A stretch of 64,000 nucleotides of DNA from contig KZ538175.1 in assembly GCA_000934665.2 (NCBI GenBank), positions 62,001-126,000 of the forward strand. Direction: 5' to 3'. Position 1 is the first letter of the stretch. Each line of letters begins with the position of its first letter. Below are positions 26,538 to 39,773 of the stretch, in pieces. The position numbers and the translations under genes were made by a program. The notes below the pieces were generated by a model. The model searched no databases and was not told the origin of the DNA. It saw only the letters and a list, made by a program, of their open reading frames with translations. Source of the stretch: Catajapyx aquilonaris (lineage: Eukaryota).

Positions 26538-29500
26538 TATGTTAAGCATTCCCGGACTCTGCGCATGAATATCGATGGTTAAGTGAGGGGATAAATTGGA
26601 ATGGAATTGTGAGCAGCCCTTGTTTGTTGCTCATGAATTTCAAATCGCCTGAATCGTTCCCACGGAAAATAATAATTTTCCCAGCCCCAGTGTGGCATAC
26701 ATCAAAATTGTTCCCCTCCACCTTTTGTTTTCCACAGGCCTACTGATGATGGGTATAGCTAGGGTTCACCTACTGCACTCCTTTTTTCATTGGCTGATTT
26801 CTCAGAGGCCCTTTCCACATGCAATCTTTATGAAGTGTCATCTTTCGTAAAGGCATGAAGGAGGTTAACCGTGTTCTCTTTGTCGAGACCCTGTTAGAAA
26901 ACTGTACATCATTGATCAGCTGTTGTCCCTCAGTCATCATTTATGCATCCCTTTAGGGACGCAGCTGATTGCATGCTCTGGTCGTGTCTACATGTTCCGG
27001 CATTTTCTTTTATCTAGCTCCTCACTGCCTTCATGTTTGCATTCCGCGCGGGCTCAATAGGTATTATTTTTAGAATGGCGCTGGTCTGATTCCAAATGCA
27101 TTGTATGCCTAGCCCAACCCCATAGTACATTCACAGTACGGGTCTAGTGTACAGATCCATTGTTTCAGCTGGTTGTTGTCAATGATATATGCCCCACAAA
27201 TCCAACAATTTTCGCCTCTTTTGACACGTTCATTCACAATTCAGTGTTTCCAAGTTTCATTGTGGAGTGTGAAACCCAGAAAAAGTTCATTGTTGCAGTC
27301 TCCTTTTATTTCACTTAATATACAGTGCATTACTGTTAGGTACTTCCTGCAAGTATATTAATTATAATGTCACATCTGAAAGCCCCCACAAATGTGCTAC
27401 CTATTATGACGAAGCATAGCTGAATGCACTCTATTGATGGTGGTATCAAATAATGCCATGGTAACATGTAATAAGCCGAGAATAAGCCTTTCGTATCGTG
27501 TTACAAAGCTACCATACACTCAAAGTAATCAAGTGTAATACACACACCTATACTACTACCGGTATATCAAGTGTGAGGCAATATTCGAGATCAATGGAAG
27601 AGCCTTTTTTTGTTTCTTGTAACTGAACAAATCAGTCAGGTTGAACCCTCCGCATAGACTGGAATTAACTACAGTAAAACCAACAGGTTTGAAAGAAATC
27701 AGTCTTTTTTTGGAAGAATTGTTGACTAAATCCTCCCACGCTGTGGTAACCCAATATCGATTCCTGGAGCCATCCCACCCACCCCGTACCCATCACATAG
27801 TTCACTGCTTTCTGGACGGCCCCAGCACAGCCCTTCCTTCTTTCCGATGTAATTCTTTTCCCGATGCATCCGACATAACGGGCCCTAGATCAGCATCTGA
27901 AACCCTGCCAAGAATAAATTAGACTAATTGCTCCTGTACGTCCACTACAGACGAAAGATGGAGCCAATCAGATTTTATGAGTTTGGGTTGCGTGGAAAGT
28001 CATCATTCCTGGGGATCAAGCTGGTATCATCAGTCATCTGGAGAGGAGGATTATTATTTTGTTTGATTAGCGAACATGCAAGAAGTGACGCCCCGTATTG
28101 CAACGATAATCAACGTCTAATTCAGTCTATTTGGACTGAAATGAAGATCGATACGAAAAATGATTCCAGTTGAAAGGCAGCGTCATTAGTCTGATTCCCA
28201 GGGCTCCTCTGGTGGAGGAAAAGAAGGTGAATCTTCTTTCTCTAATATCATTCTGACTTAATTGACGATTCTGTTCTCATTTGGGGTAGGAAACGGGTCG
28301 CACTTGTAGGATTGCATTTCGCGGCCTGCAGACCCGTGCAAATTATCTGGCAGAAGTGTTTACAGCCGATGTGGCGAATCTAGTAATTGGAGTGGGGAAG
28401 GGAGTGGGCTTGATCTAACTGGGGCCAGAAACTATTTGGGCAAAGTGGTGGCCAGCCCGGACCTATAGGGCTTCATTTGGCTCTTTCTGGACCGGCCAAA
28501 TCCATAGTGAAACCTTCCTTGTGTCCTCGTCAGTGGCCATTTGAACCCGGGGCAGACCAGGACAATGCCAAAGCCTCAGTTCTCACCCTCAGGGCAGTTC
28601 GGTCAGCTTCCTAAATGTCCACTTGCTCCAAATGATCCCCGTCCACGTTTCTAACTGCGCCACCATCATTGGCCGGAAAAGGACATCGACCACCTCCAGA
28701 TGAAATACTTTCCTGGCCTCAACACCATTCAATGGCGTTCCACGGAACATTCATTACAGATATATTGTGTGAAAGACCGTTCGAAATCTAAACCGTCTCA
28801 GATAATGGATAAATGTCAAATATTTTAATTGAGATCTGCGTTGTTCAGTACTGAATAACTGCCTTTTTTCCAATCTGAAGGTACAGTACGTATATAATGT
28901 TTGACACAACAAGACTTTATCCCGACGTGACACCAACAAGAACGTTACTACTTCCGCAGTGAACTGTATAGGATCTCTTGATAGAAATTCAATAATGATC
29001 GTGAGAAGCATTCCGGAAGGCTAAATATCGTAAAATCTACCCTTGCCTTTTTGCCGCTACAGATCGAAGAGCCTTCGGCAAAGGTTGAGATCCATTGGTT
29101 CGACTATATAGCCACCGTTAGCCAAGACCACTACTACTCCCATTGAAACACATGCTGACATCAGACACAAACATGCTATTTAAACAACTGGACTGTTTCA
29201 GAGGAAAATGCGCCGGATTTAACCATTTAAGTTGCACTGAATGTAGCTTTCCATGTGAATTATCGCGAACAATCTGTGCATACTTCTACACTGCATTATT
29301 CAAGTACCCGCATTATTTTCAAACTGCTTTCATTTGATTTCGTACCAATCAAACACAGGCTAAACCCAATTTTCCCCCTTGACTCTTCTGCCGGTGGTAT
29401 GTTCCACAAACCCCTTTGTTATCTTCTTTTATACATTCTGCCTCGTGCTGACTTCAACAGAAAAGTTGTAACCGATTCCCCCATCACATAAAAAGTAGAA

Positions 29501-29701
29501 AATGGCAACACTGTAGAGTTCGTCCCCCAAATAGACTGGCCGACTAATGGTTACCCACATGCCAGTAGGCATAGTAATCTCCTCTCTTTCCCATTCAGGG
29601 ATCTGAATGGACAAAGGAAGAGCCAACCCTCGCTATATATACCCGGGTCAATACCATTCCCACTGCTTCCATCGGAAACGAGCAAGTCCTGCAGGAAGAC
29701 C

Positions 29702-29826
29702 TTTTTTTTCTTTTTTTCTTTTTACGGGAACGCTAAGACGAGTGCTTTTTTCATGGCCCCCACCGGGATTCGAACCGAGACTCGTGTCGTACCCATGTCC
29801 AGTTTCCAGTTGGACCACGGGGGCCC
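29702..29826 (-). mobile_element. tRNA-like head with short body and A-rich tail (small SINE or retroposed tRNA pseudogene)
   Basis: Minus strand reads GGCCCCCGTGGTCCAACTGGAAACTGGAC...CTCGGTTCGAATCCCGGTGGGGGCCA. It has an acceptor stem, a D-stem (GTCC/GGAC) and a T-loop TTCGAAT, but the anticodon arm is shortened. About 30 nt of unique sequence and AAAAAGAAAAAAAGAAAAAAAA follow. No TSD seen. Confidence 0.7.
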
Positions 29827-30212
29827 AAAGAGTGATTTTCGCCCAAGTCTTGTGTTCTACAAATCCGTGAGGGAAAACAGCTCCGCGTGTTTTTGATTTC
29901 CGAGTAAAGGAAACTATACGAACTAACTTTTCGCATTTGGGTTCTCCGCAGGAAAAAAAAAAAGAAAAAGTCTATTTCTCGGGAGTGTACTCCGTTCAAC
30001 AGTCCATTTATTACGAGGTAAGCATTTGGTGCTGTCTAGAAAGTCTTGACCACTAAAGATGAGCGATGGTACGTCGCCCTCGGGATTGGAATCCAGGACA
30101 GCTTGGTTAGCAAGTCACTGAAAGTGCCTTCCGGGTCCCTTCAGAGTCAGCTTCGTTATTTATTGTGAATTTGGACCATGTCCTGTTTTCCTCATGAAAC
30201 GCTGCGTTGCTC

Positions 30213-30229
30213 TACAGGGTGTACCAAAA
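30213..30229. mobile_element. Orphan Tc1/mariner-like terminal repeat
   Basis: TA+CAGGGTGTACCAAAA. Similar TACAGGGTGCA ends occur at about 44242 (+) and about 18931 (-). No partner TIR found. Confidence 0.3.
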
Positions 30230-31213
30230 GTGTTTCACTGTCTTATCCACAAATTATGCAGTTATCTTGAGTTTGCAACGTGGGAAATAAAAATCCAAAT
30301 AAAAATTTGACAAGAAATTCCATCTGACAAAAATCAGGTTAGCAAATCGATTTACAAAATAAAAACCAAATCCGATATTTATGGATACCCAGTTATCAGC
30401 CTATGTGCTGACTCCGTACCATTACAAAATATCACCCAATTTCATGTGATGAGGACATCTTCAATATTTCCTGGGGTAAATATGGCAGACACCCGTTGGC
30501 CAAGTCATTTTCATAACAGCACCCCTCAAAAAATCCTGGGCACGTCAGGGCTGATGAGTGACATCCGTACATTTTATCTAGCATAGGCCCTCAGAGGATT
30601 TCCCCCGAAAAAAAAATCATGCCGCCCTCAGGCCAAAGAGAGTTTGAGAACCTTGACAGTTATGCAAATCGCCAGCAAAAGGCTCCGCCGATGAGAATAA
30701 AATCAAACTGTGCGCTGTACGCGTGCCAAAAGCAAGGCCAAGTTGGAAATGTATTCACTTTTCGCTCTTTAAAAATCCCTCACATGGCCAAATGTCTGCA
30801 ACTTGACAAGTCAAGAGGTGTAGAGGGCTGTGAGAGAGGCAGCAGGGCGAGGTGAGGGGACATTTCAGCATTTTCAAACGATGTCGCCAGAAGTGAGAGC
30901 TCTATATGCACGTGACTATACTATAATGAAGAATTCAGGTGATAAGGAATATTCCTACATTACCTTTGACCCCAGAGCATTATGCATTTACCTATGTCGT
31001 CAGTGCCCAGGTGCCATCAGGTCAAGCATCAGGTACTCCAGGGATATATTATTGCACTTTTATTTGTCGTGTGTACATTTTTAGCAGAAAGTTAACGCCC
31101 TTCAGGTGCTGTTGCGACGTCAGTGACCTACACTTGTATACACGACAGTCATGATAAAAAGGCAGCTGCGTGATTACATTTGGGTAGGCAGCTTTACGTC
31201 GTAATACACTTAC

Positions 31214-31333
31214 CGGTTACATTTGGACAACTGCAGTTCATAGCAGGCATCTGAGCAAATTGGATCATTTGAACCGCTTTATCGGTTTGTCCCACACGCC
31301 TTGTTTGCAGTTGCCAAGAGTGTCATAACTCAC
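31214..31333 (-). other. Cryptic 120-nt RS-exon downstream of RS-A
   Basis: Ends at a consensus donor CCG|GTAAGT (GTAAGT = 31213-31208). Stop codons occur in all three frames. Confidence 0.55.
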
Positions 31334-31364
31334 CTGAAAATAAGAAAACAGCACATTACTAAAG
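31328..31364 (-). other. Candidate recursive splice site (ratchet point) RS-A
   Basis: Minus strand reads ctttagTAATgtgctgttttcttattttCAG|GTGAGT. 11 of the 12 nt before CAG are pyrimidines, a branch-like TAAT lies upstream, and a consensus donor follows directly. Junction is between 31334 and 31333. Confidence 0.7.
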
Positions 31365-34300
31365 TTCAATTACCCTTGTTTCCCATACATTATCTCATAA
31401 CAGTGCGCTGCGTGACAAAATGTCATTTGAGAAAGGATTTTGGCCATTTTCCGCACGGCAGTTGGCGCTCTGCAGCAGCAAAGTAGTGAGGAAAGTAATG
31501 GACGGCGATGAGGGCCAATAGTTAGGATGCATTAAGCGACAGCTAGCAGCAGGGTGTAATGCGATCATGTGCCCGGAGCACTGCGGTGAAACTGCGCGCG
31601 TCAATAATTATCTCGTACCAGGGTTAGTTCTTTCAACATACCCCTCTCACCCCTTTACCAATCATAATCACTTATCGTCTGCTCACAACCTTTCCCCTTA
31701 TGCACAGAGCTAATTATGATCTGCTTTATTCTCGCTGTTTTTACTCGCTTCCCCTCACGATCTGTGACGAGCCAGCGATACCTCAAAGCACCTGATTGGC
31801 TTCGCTTTTCAACATTTATATACGTATTTATGCATTATACATGTAGGGCTGCACATAATGCTTTTGGCAGCTTTCAATACCGCGCCTTATATTCAGCGAG
31901 TGCGGAACTGTGAAAAATGCCGAATATTGTTTCGATATGCAGACTTTTTCACAGTTATACCATAATTTGTACCGTTCATTGAGAATAAGTTTACACAATA
32001 GTCAGCGAATAGTGACATTTGCTATCATTTATTTCATGTGATGGTCTGTGTCAACTTCTTTTTATCAAAATGTCAATGTCCGAATTGGCAAAGCTAAACA
32101 CGTAGGTTCATTCCATTAACAAATAATAGCCTTAGGGAGAATCCGCCAGTGGGTAAATAAATAAATAAATTTAAATAAATAATGTAACATTATTCCAGCA
32201 GTCTATAGTTGATTGTACACGGCTTCCCTTCTACAGCATCTCGCATTTCAACGCGTGGCAATGACACCTATACCTATAGTCAACATCTGCCCAAAGCATT
32301 TCAGAATGCGGTGTGGTGAGGCCTATAAATTCCCATTTAGAGATGAGCCACCATGATGAAAAGACATCCTTGTCTGCCGGATAATTTCTCAAAGTGCAGT
32401 GTCCGTTTCAATCGCTAATGACGTGCAAATAGTGACGACCGGAAAGTCTGACTAATAGTGAAAGCCTGCCATATCCACAATGGGCAACCTCCTTCCACTT
32501 GGTTTTCCATCAGGTGAAGCTTGGTAGAAGACCACAAACATGACCGTCCTGACAATAAGGAAAGGGGGGAACCACCCACTAGCAGAACTAACAGTTACCA
32601 GGTGCTCTCATCCGCCTAAATTAGCATAATGGAAGGATCCCGTCCCCGTGCTCCTAACACTGTTTTACAGCCACCACGGCTTTTGACATTACTGAATATA
32701 ACCAAGACGCTGTAAAGGGGGATTATTGGATCCAGCACAGCTTTCTACCTTCAAATTTATATGTTAATGAAGGAGAGGGAGGAAATCGGCCTGTTCGACA
32801 AGCCACACCATTGTTGCGGACAGACATACCATTTTTACTCTACTCCTGATGGGCGCTCTCCCCGTATCTCGGGTCATACTTATCGGATCGTGCTAGTTTC
32901 TTTAACGGCAGTAAGCCGCGTTTGAAGAGCGCGCCTGGTCGCGTGCCCATAGAAGAAAAGTCCATTTTTTGCTCCAAACCTGTGTGATTCATGCAGCAGA
33001 GAAAAGCCCTCCCGAACCCGAATCAATAATGCTCTCCCCATCTCCCTCCCAAAAGCAGTCTTGTTATGCTTAGAACCCCCTCTTCCCTCTCCTCCCACAC
33101 TCTCCTTCTCCCCCAATCTTAACAAACCCATTGGAGTGTTCCTTCTGAAATAGCACCCGAAATGACCGGACCAAGAACAAATAGAGCTTGAGGGACTGTG
33201 TCCATTAGCAGTAGACCCTATAGCAGAAACTTGTCTATTACGCTATTTTGACTATTTTTTTCTCTCTTCCTCCTGAGGTGGTCTTCCCCCCTAAAGGAAA
33301 TTGGCGCTTCCTTTGAAGAGGGCCGGAAACCCATCAGAAACTGTGGGGGCTACTTGGATGAAATCTTCCTAGGGGCTATCTGGCTTTGTCGACCGGACTT
33401 TGCAAACCCAAAGTCCACCCACATAAAGTGTCGGGTTGGATAACAAGCTGCCCTGCCTCTCGCAGCCTCTCCCCTTGGAATACGTTTCCTCTGCCAACGA
33501 CACCGTCATTATTCACTATCCTGAAGTACTATTATGGAGACTTGCACAATCCGGATAGATCTGCAAGGGCTGCTGGTAGCCTGCACTGCCAAGATACGGT
33601 CGATGTCACTTTTCTTCTGAGAGATATGAATTTCATAGTTGGCGTACCCTTTTTTTGGAGTGCACCGGTGGGATTGTGTGGGTGGATATAGCGTACCCAT
33701 AGCTGGTAAGGGTGTTTTCTGGCTACAGTGAGGTTGAATATCAGGCACGTTTTGTTCCTGCTTGCCATGACCCCGCATGACCTCACATCCTGGGGGTTTT
33801 ACTCCGTCTCTGGATTTTGTTTGGTCCCTTTATGGGCCTGTGTGTGTACTTGAAGGGTATCGCGAAACAGTAGTCAACAGGTACTGTATACTTGGTCTCC
33901 AGAGTTAAGAGTGGCTTTCAGTGCATGCATGGGTGAGGGCAAGATTACAGCAGAAAAAACTGCCCAGACTTTTGTGCAAGCTCCAAATGTAGCCTGTGCA
34001 CTCGGTATGTAACATACTACAATAATTATGATATAATTGGCTCACAATTTTTATGGTTAGGCTTTCCAAACATATACAGTACACCCTTTAGATGTGGGGG
34101 TTCCATTTTGCTACTATGATGAAATATTACGGATTTCAGACTCTCTCTGGGTCCGTTAGAAACGACCACCTCATGCCAAATACTTCAGCTCTGAAGAATG
34201 TCAGGTACGGCACACCGAAATCTCTTCGGTTCATGCGGTCTCTGAGTTGCCCAGGTATGTGCATGAATTCATAACTATATATGGATATTAAATAGGGCGC

Positions 34301-36212
34301 AATTAATGCGTTACTCATGAAACATTCTCTGTTAATTATTGCATCTAGGGGTTGGACATCCGCTCCAAGTCAGTCGCCACCAGCCAATGGGCCCGAAATG
34401 CCTCCGTCCCCTTAATTTATTACGTATTACTTGAAATGTACTGAAGGTGCGTTATACCGACAATCAGATGCAAAATGAAAATATTTGTAATACACTGACT
34501 GTGAGATCAGTTAGCCTACTTCCCTTACACAAAAGTAATTAAAATAAACTTATCACAAAATAATATTTATCATCTGAAAAAACTTCAACTTACAATGCCA
34601 AGAGTTGGCATGAATTATTTAACAGCGTAATACTGTATACTGTATCGAATCAATGTTGCAAGTGTTTTCTGCAATCAAAGAGCCACAATGCAACTAACCG
34701 TTCAGGATAACATCCTCCAGCCATATTTCTTGTGCAAACCATTATAAGCAAAGCAACAACAACAAAAAAAGGCCTGAGAACCTTCCAGTTGAAAAATGCT
34801 AAACACAGGGAACCCCCGCATACTAACACTACTGTAGACGAAACCTGTCTGAAACAGAAAATACTGGCGATCCCCTTTACTTTCCGCCTAGGGCAGATTT
34901 GGCTGTATTTGAATTGCATTCAGCGCTATCCCAGTAAAGATCCCGCAAAGGAAACGAAACAGGTCGATCCCACGCACCAGTAGTTTTCTCAAAAAAAGGA
35001 ACCCAAAACAAAACAAAAAAATCCCGGCTAGCTCTCAGCAGGCCATTTCTGGTCGGCTGACAACATCTCTCGTTTTGCATGTATCTCCTCTGGCAGAGCA
35101 TGGATTTACCTTCCTTCCACTGGAAGTCTGGAACTGAAATCGAAGGTGGGCTCAGATGGTGAGAAGCGAAGTGGGATAAACACCCCTATCTTTCTTTTCT
35201 CTACGCATTACTGTCACTGCCAAACACCAAACGTGTCGGACCGAAGAGATTCGAGTCAATTCAAACCGCACTCTCGGAGTCTCGGTGTAGGGCTTTCAAA
35301 TGGCCACTTGAAATCCATCCATCGCCCTTCCAGCCTGCTTCCATTTCAAATCAGGCACCAGCAGAAAAATGTGTCGGGTCATAGTCCACGATTTTTCTTG
35401 CCTCCGAATATAAAGAGTGATCTACAACTCACTCAGGACGGACTTTTTTTTTCTGAAATTTCAGAGCCCGCTTTTTTAGGGGGTGGTTGAGGAGATGCTT
35501 TGAATAGGTGCTGTGAATATATCCAAACGGTTCGTGCTGCAGATGGTGATGATTCCATTGACTTTCTTCCACATCTTCGTAGTGCAAATGCATTTGCACC
35601 GATACAAATGCGATGTAAGCTTATACAGTGCTTTTGGTTTTGCCTGTTTTTTTTCTACTATAGATGACAGCATTCATCATACAAACACTAACGGTGCCAC
35701 TTTGAACGCTCCATAAGTATCAGTTACTATACAAGAGCCTACTCGACCCATTTTTATGTGTAGCTAACCTAACTCGTCGGATAAGTCGTAGCATAACAAT
35801 TATTAACATACGATTATTTCCGTTAATAGAGACGGATTGCCAAAATCAACTACAGCAAAAACGTCGGTCCTAGAGGATGTGTGCACATTTGGCACCGCCC
35901 TGTATATGCTAGTATGGGGGTATGCACTAGAGTCTTTGTTATCATGGACAATGCATACAGCAGTATCCCCCCAACAATATATCGCAAACATCCGTTCTGG
36001 TTGTCGTTTGGTAACAGTTTTCATAGCAGTCACTACCCGGCGTACTTAATATGCAGCGTATATTGGACGGTATCATTTCAGTGTTTTTCCCAAGTACCTT
36101 CTAAATCACAGCTTTAAAAACTACACTGGGCGAAGTGTTATGAACCACCAACCCTTCCCAAATGATAAAAATGATGCCTCGTATTTTTTTATACGAGATC
36201 CTATGCTGCAAA

Positions 36213-36449
36213 TATAGGGTGCTTCATGAGTATGAAACCTACTACACTTCCGATATTGTCCGTTTGAGAGAGTTATAAATTTGAGATTATTCTGCATGCC
36301 ACCCTTTTAAAATATGTAAATTAAATGCCGCTTTGAAGCGCTTTAACCCAAGATCCATAAAAATCTCAAAGTAAATTTAGGAGGCATAAAACAAGTCGTA
36401 ATAGTGTATTACACTTTAAAGAAACCAATTTGAATGACTTCACCTAATA
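36213..36449. mobile_element. Possible decayed Tc1/mariner-type MITE
   Basis: Left end tatagggtgcttcat versus right-end reverse complement tattaggtgaagtcat, resembling TA-CAGGGTG termini. AT-rich interior. Confidence 0.3.
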
Positions 36450-39054
36450 TCCGGTTCTCGACAAAGAAACAGGACACTCCACTTGTGCCCAACTCCACGT
36501 TCCTATTACTGGAAAACGGACCGCACGTCCAGGAATGTTTTTCTTGGACTAACCAACAAAAAAAAAAAATCAACTTCTCTTCCTAACATCCTTTTGTCCA
36601 GCACCTTCTGCAGTACTGTAAGCAAGAGCCCAATAATGGAGGCCAACCTCACCTATTTGGCAGTGTGCATTACGGTAGCTCCGAAAATACGTCCCATTAC
36701 ATTCCATGCCAGTTGGCGGTTAGGATCCTCGTTAAGCTTCCAAAGTACACATTCCCCCTATTGGTCATCAATGAAACCGGTATTTGGCCAATGGGCATCA
36801 TTTGATTCACGCTTTACCCATCCAACCCCCCAAGTCGATTCTGCACTAAACTGTTCCCAGGAGAAGGGGAACGAATGCGGTCAGCCCTCAAATTGCCGCT
36901 GTCCTTTTGCGACCCCTTGGCTTCTAGGAAATCGCTAGTCGTTTCATAGACACTCACGTGACACTGCGATTCTTGCGATTCGAGCACCTCCCCCCTTCCT
37001 ACCCATTCCAACCAACGACGGTTAAACCGAACGCGCTTTCATAATGGCCGCGGCTACTATAGCCAAGTTTCATTACGGTGTTTCGTCTGCTCTAACTGGG
37101 TTTACGTCCAAGCAATGTGATTAACAGGGAATGGTTCCGAGCAGGCAACCATTTCATTCCAGAGAATTTTGCTAACGGCGCTGATTTTTACGGGCTGGAG
37201 ATGCGGCAACTGCTCAAATCCTAGATATAACAAACTTATTGGGCAAAATGACTAGTTGGGTGTCGTTTGATATTTAGTGGATAGGTACGTCAAGATCGAA
37301 TTCAGATTGCTTCTATACGGCCTGCATTGCATCGCAGAGTAACTGCGTATAGTAGTACTCGGCACAGGATCCAATATCTGCTACTCTGAATGCAAATCAC
37401 ACTGACTAGATCATGGCGGCATTTCAGGTAGGACATATAGTTTCCCCGGCTATATGTCTAACACGGGGAAATGTACAGTAATGGATTTCTGGGAAAGACA
37501 ATTTAAGGAAATTTCATCGCCATACAGAACTTAAGAAGTTTTTAACATTTCCAATTCAAATAACGTAGGCCTAGTCTCAAAACGACCCTAATGTGATATT
37601 GATCCTTCCCTGGAGGTCTTCATATTAAGAGTTGCAAAAAAAGCAATAGGAATTCCAGTTTCGCAATTTTGTCGCCTTCCTGGAATATCCGAGCAGAAGG
37701 AGCTGCACCCCCTATACAACAGGCATCGCATAGTAGTGCGGGATGTGTGCGTCGGATCGAATTAAAGCTAAAGTAGCAACGTTATTTTAGCATGCAGTTG
37801 GGCAAGTGGTGCCTGCACACTCTAATCGTACTATACATGAGTATGCAGACAACCGCATATGCCAACACTTAGAAAATCCTTTCCGGCCATGTTTATATTC
37901 CGGAAAGGTGTAGTATGTCGCAGTTTCCGACTACACGGTGAACAGTTCCGCAAGCCTAGACCACAGCACGTTTACTCCACAAACCCTGCTCATAAGGCTC
38001 TTTTTGAAGCTCATTTCCCCGCCGCCTGTTTTCATTCTCTTTCCCCCACTACAAAACACGCTTTACATGCCACGCACTGATTTCACAGAGCAAAGTGCAG
38101 CACAGTCTACTGACAGACTCTCTTTGTGGATATATCCAGTTATGTAATTAGGTTGTATGAAGTGAGGAAGGGTTCGGTGAGATTCCCTCAGGACTCATAT
38201 CCGTGTGCCGACAAATCGCTGCAAAAATAACATCGCTGCACTACACGGAGATAGCCATCATTCCTTGACGCTCGATAAGACTTTGGTGCGGTATACATTC
38301 GAGGCTCCAAGAGGTTATACGGCTGTTGGCCAAGAAGTCATGATTACGGCTCAGTATCTTCCGAACAAACATCGTGGCCTTTTTACAGGTTTATGGCTCC
38401 TTTTTTGCTGCAACGAAGGTCCAGTTTCGTACGGATGTGCCAAATGCCGTAAAGTCAGGAACAACCCCAAACTTGGCAACTTGCTTATGTCACGGATTGT
38501 AAAAATTTCCGCTCTAGAATAAGTTGGAAAGGCCAAAGCATTCACCTGACACCAATGGTTTCAGTTCTGTAGTTCTTAACAAAACAAAAACCATAAATGC
38601 AAGGTATAACCTTTGGGCCTCCAGCAGGTTGCTCGAGTCTAATAGTCGACTTGCTGCTAAGAACATTTGCTAAGGAAGGCCGACAGCTGGCTTCAACAAT
38701 CATCAGTCACATTACTAACCGACATGCATCATAGAAGGAAGTTAATCCCCTTGACATGGCTGCCATCTTGAATTGTTGGCATCGTAATCCTTTATGGTCA
38801 CGAACTGCGTGATGATGACGTCCTTTGTCGTGCTGAGCAGGGGCATCAGGTGATGTACCATGTACGGAAGAGTACGTATCTCGCCCGGTACATCTGGACA
38901 AGGTATCGATCCAACGAAATGACAATCGTTGGAAAGCATCCCCTTTCCACTGGATTTGTGCGGGGCCAAATGACACTTGATTGAATCCTTTTTTGGAGTC
39001 TGGCGGTGTGCAGATCCAATGCAAAAGTGCAGGATCGTTGGCTCGGGAAGGAAT

Positions 39055-39216
39055 GGAAATGGCCTCCTCCCCCTTCTCCTCCTCCTCCGTCCTCTTTCCA
39101 CTTGGCGCCCAGGCCTCGAGTCTTTGCGCCATTTCCGCCACTTCCGCCATTTCCCGCCTCCTTGCTATTCCCGTTTAACAAGACTGGGGGTAATTGTGAT
39201 TGAGAATGGCCATTTC
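39055..39216. promoter_or_regulatory. Cluster of YY1/PHO-, ETS- and E2F-like motifs
   Basis: Four AAATGGC/GCCATTT words, tandem CGCCAYTTC x3 (39127-39153), ACTTCCG and TTTCCCGCC. Confidence 0.3.
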
Positions 39217-39759
39217 GGCCCAAACCCTACTAGCCAACCTGAATATTCCCTGCACGAACCTCGCCACCACCTTGTCACAGCGACACCGTCTTCCTAGATC
39301 AGATGTGACCGGATTTCTTTGCCCATCCTGTCTACCATGATAGGGCATGCACCGTTGCTAATGGCGGACTCCAAACCTACACACGGAACTGTATCCAGCT
39401 CTCGAGGGCACTATATACAGCGTGAAACAGTCCCGTGGTATCATATCGATAATGCTCCTAGTTGAGATGCGAACGTGGTAACAACGATGCCACAACTTCC
39501 AGCCTGATACACTTCACTAACTTCGAGGCCGGTTGTATCGACGTTCTAAAGGAACTTCTGCTCAGTACATTCTTTTGGCATGCAGTATCAGTCTATGTGA
39601 TTCCTCTAGAATCACAACGTTTCTTCAAAAACACCTTCGAAGGCTGTGTAAACCTTCATACTGAATAGAGCCAGGAGAGGAAAAGAACCTTCAGCTAATT
39701 TGGCAACGTCATAAGAGGCTCTCCAACGCCCTTATAGTGACCCATGGTTGAGAACAACG

Positions 39760-39773
39760 GTGGCCATGGCAAC
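39760..39773. promoter_or_regulatory. RFX X-box motif match
   Basis: GTGGCCATGGCAAC fits GTNRCCATRGYAAC at every position. Confidence 0.4.

Noticed and set aside
32490..32520. Plus-strand ttttccatcag|gtgaag as a ratchet point
   Set aside because: The donor is weak (no G at +5) and there is no supporting partner site on that strand.
38707..39150. 147-aa minus ORF starting MAEVAEMAQ
   Set aside because: The N-terminus derives from a 9-bp tandem repeat and a GAG run. No homology recognised and no good donor site, so it was not called as a CDS.
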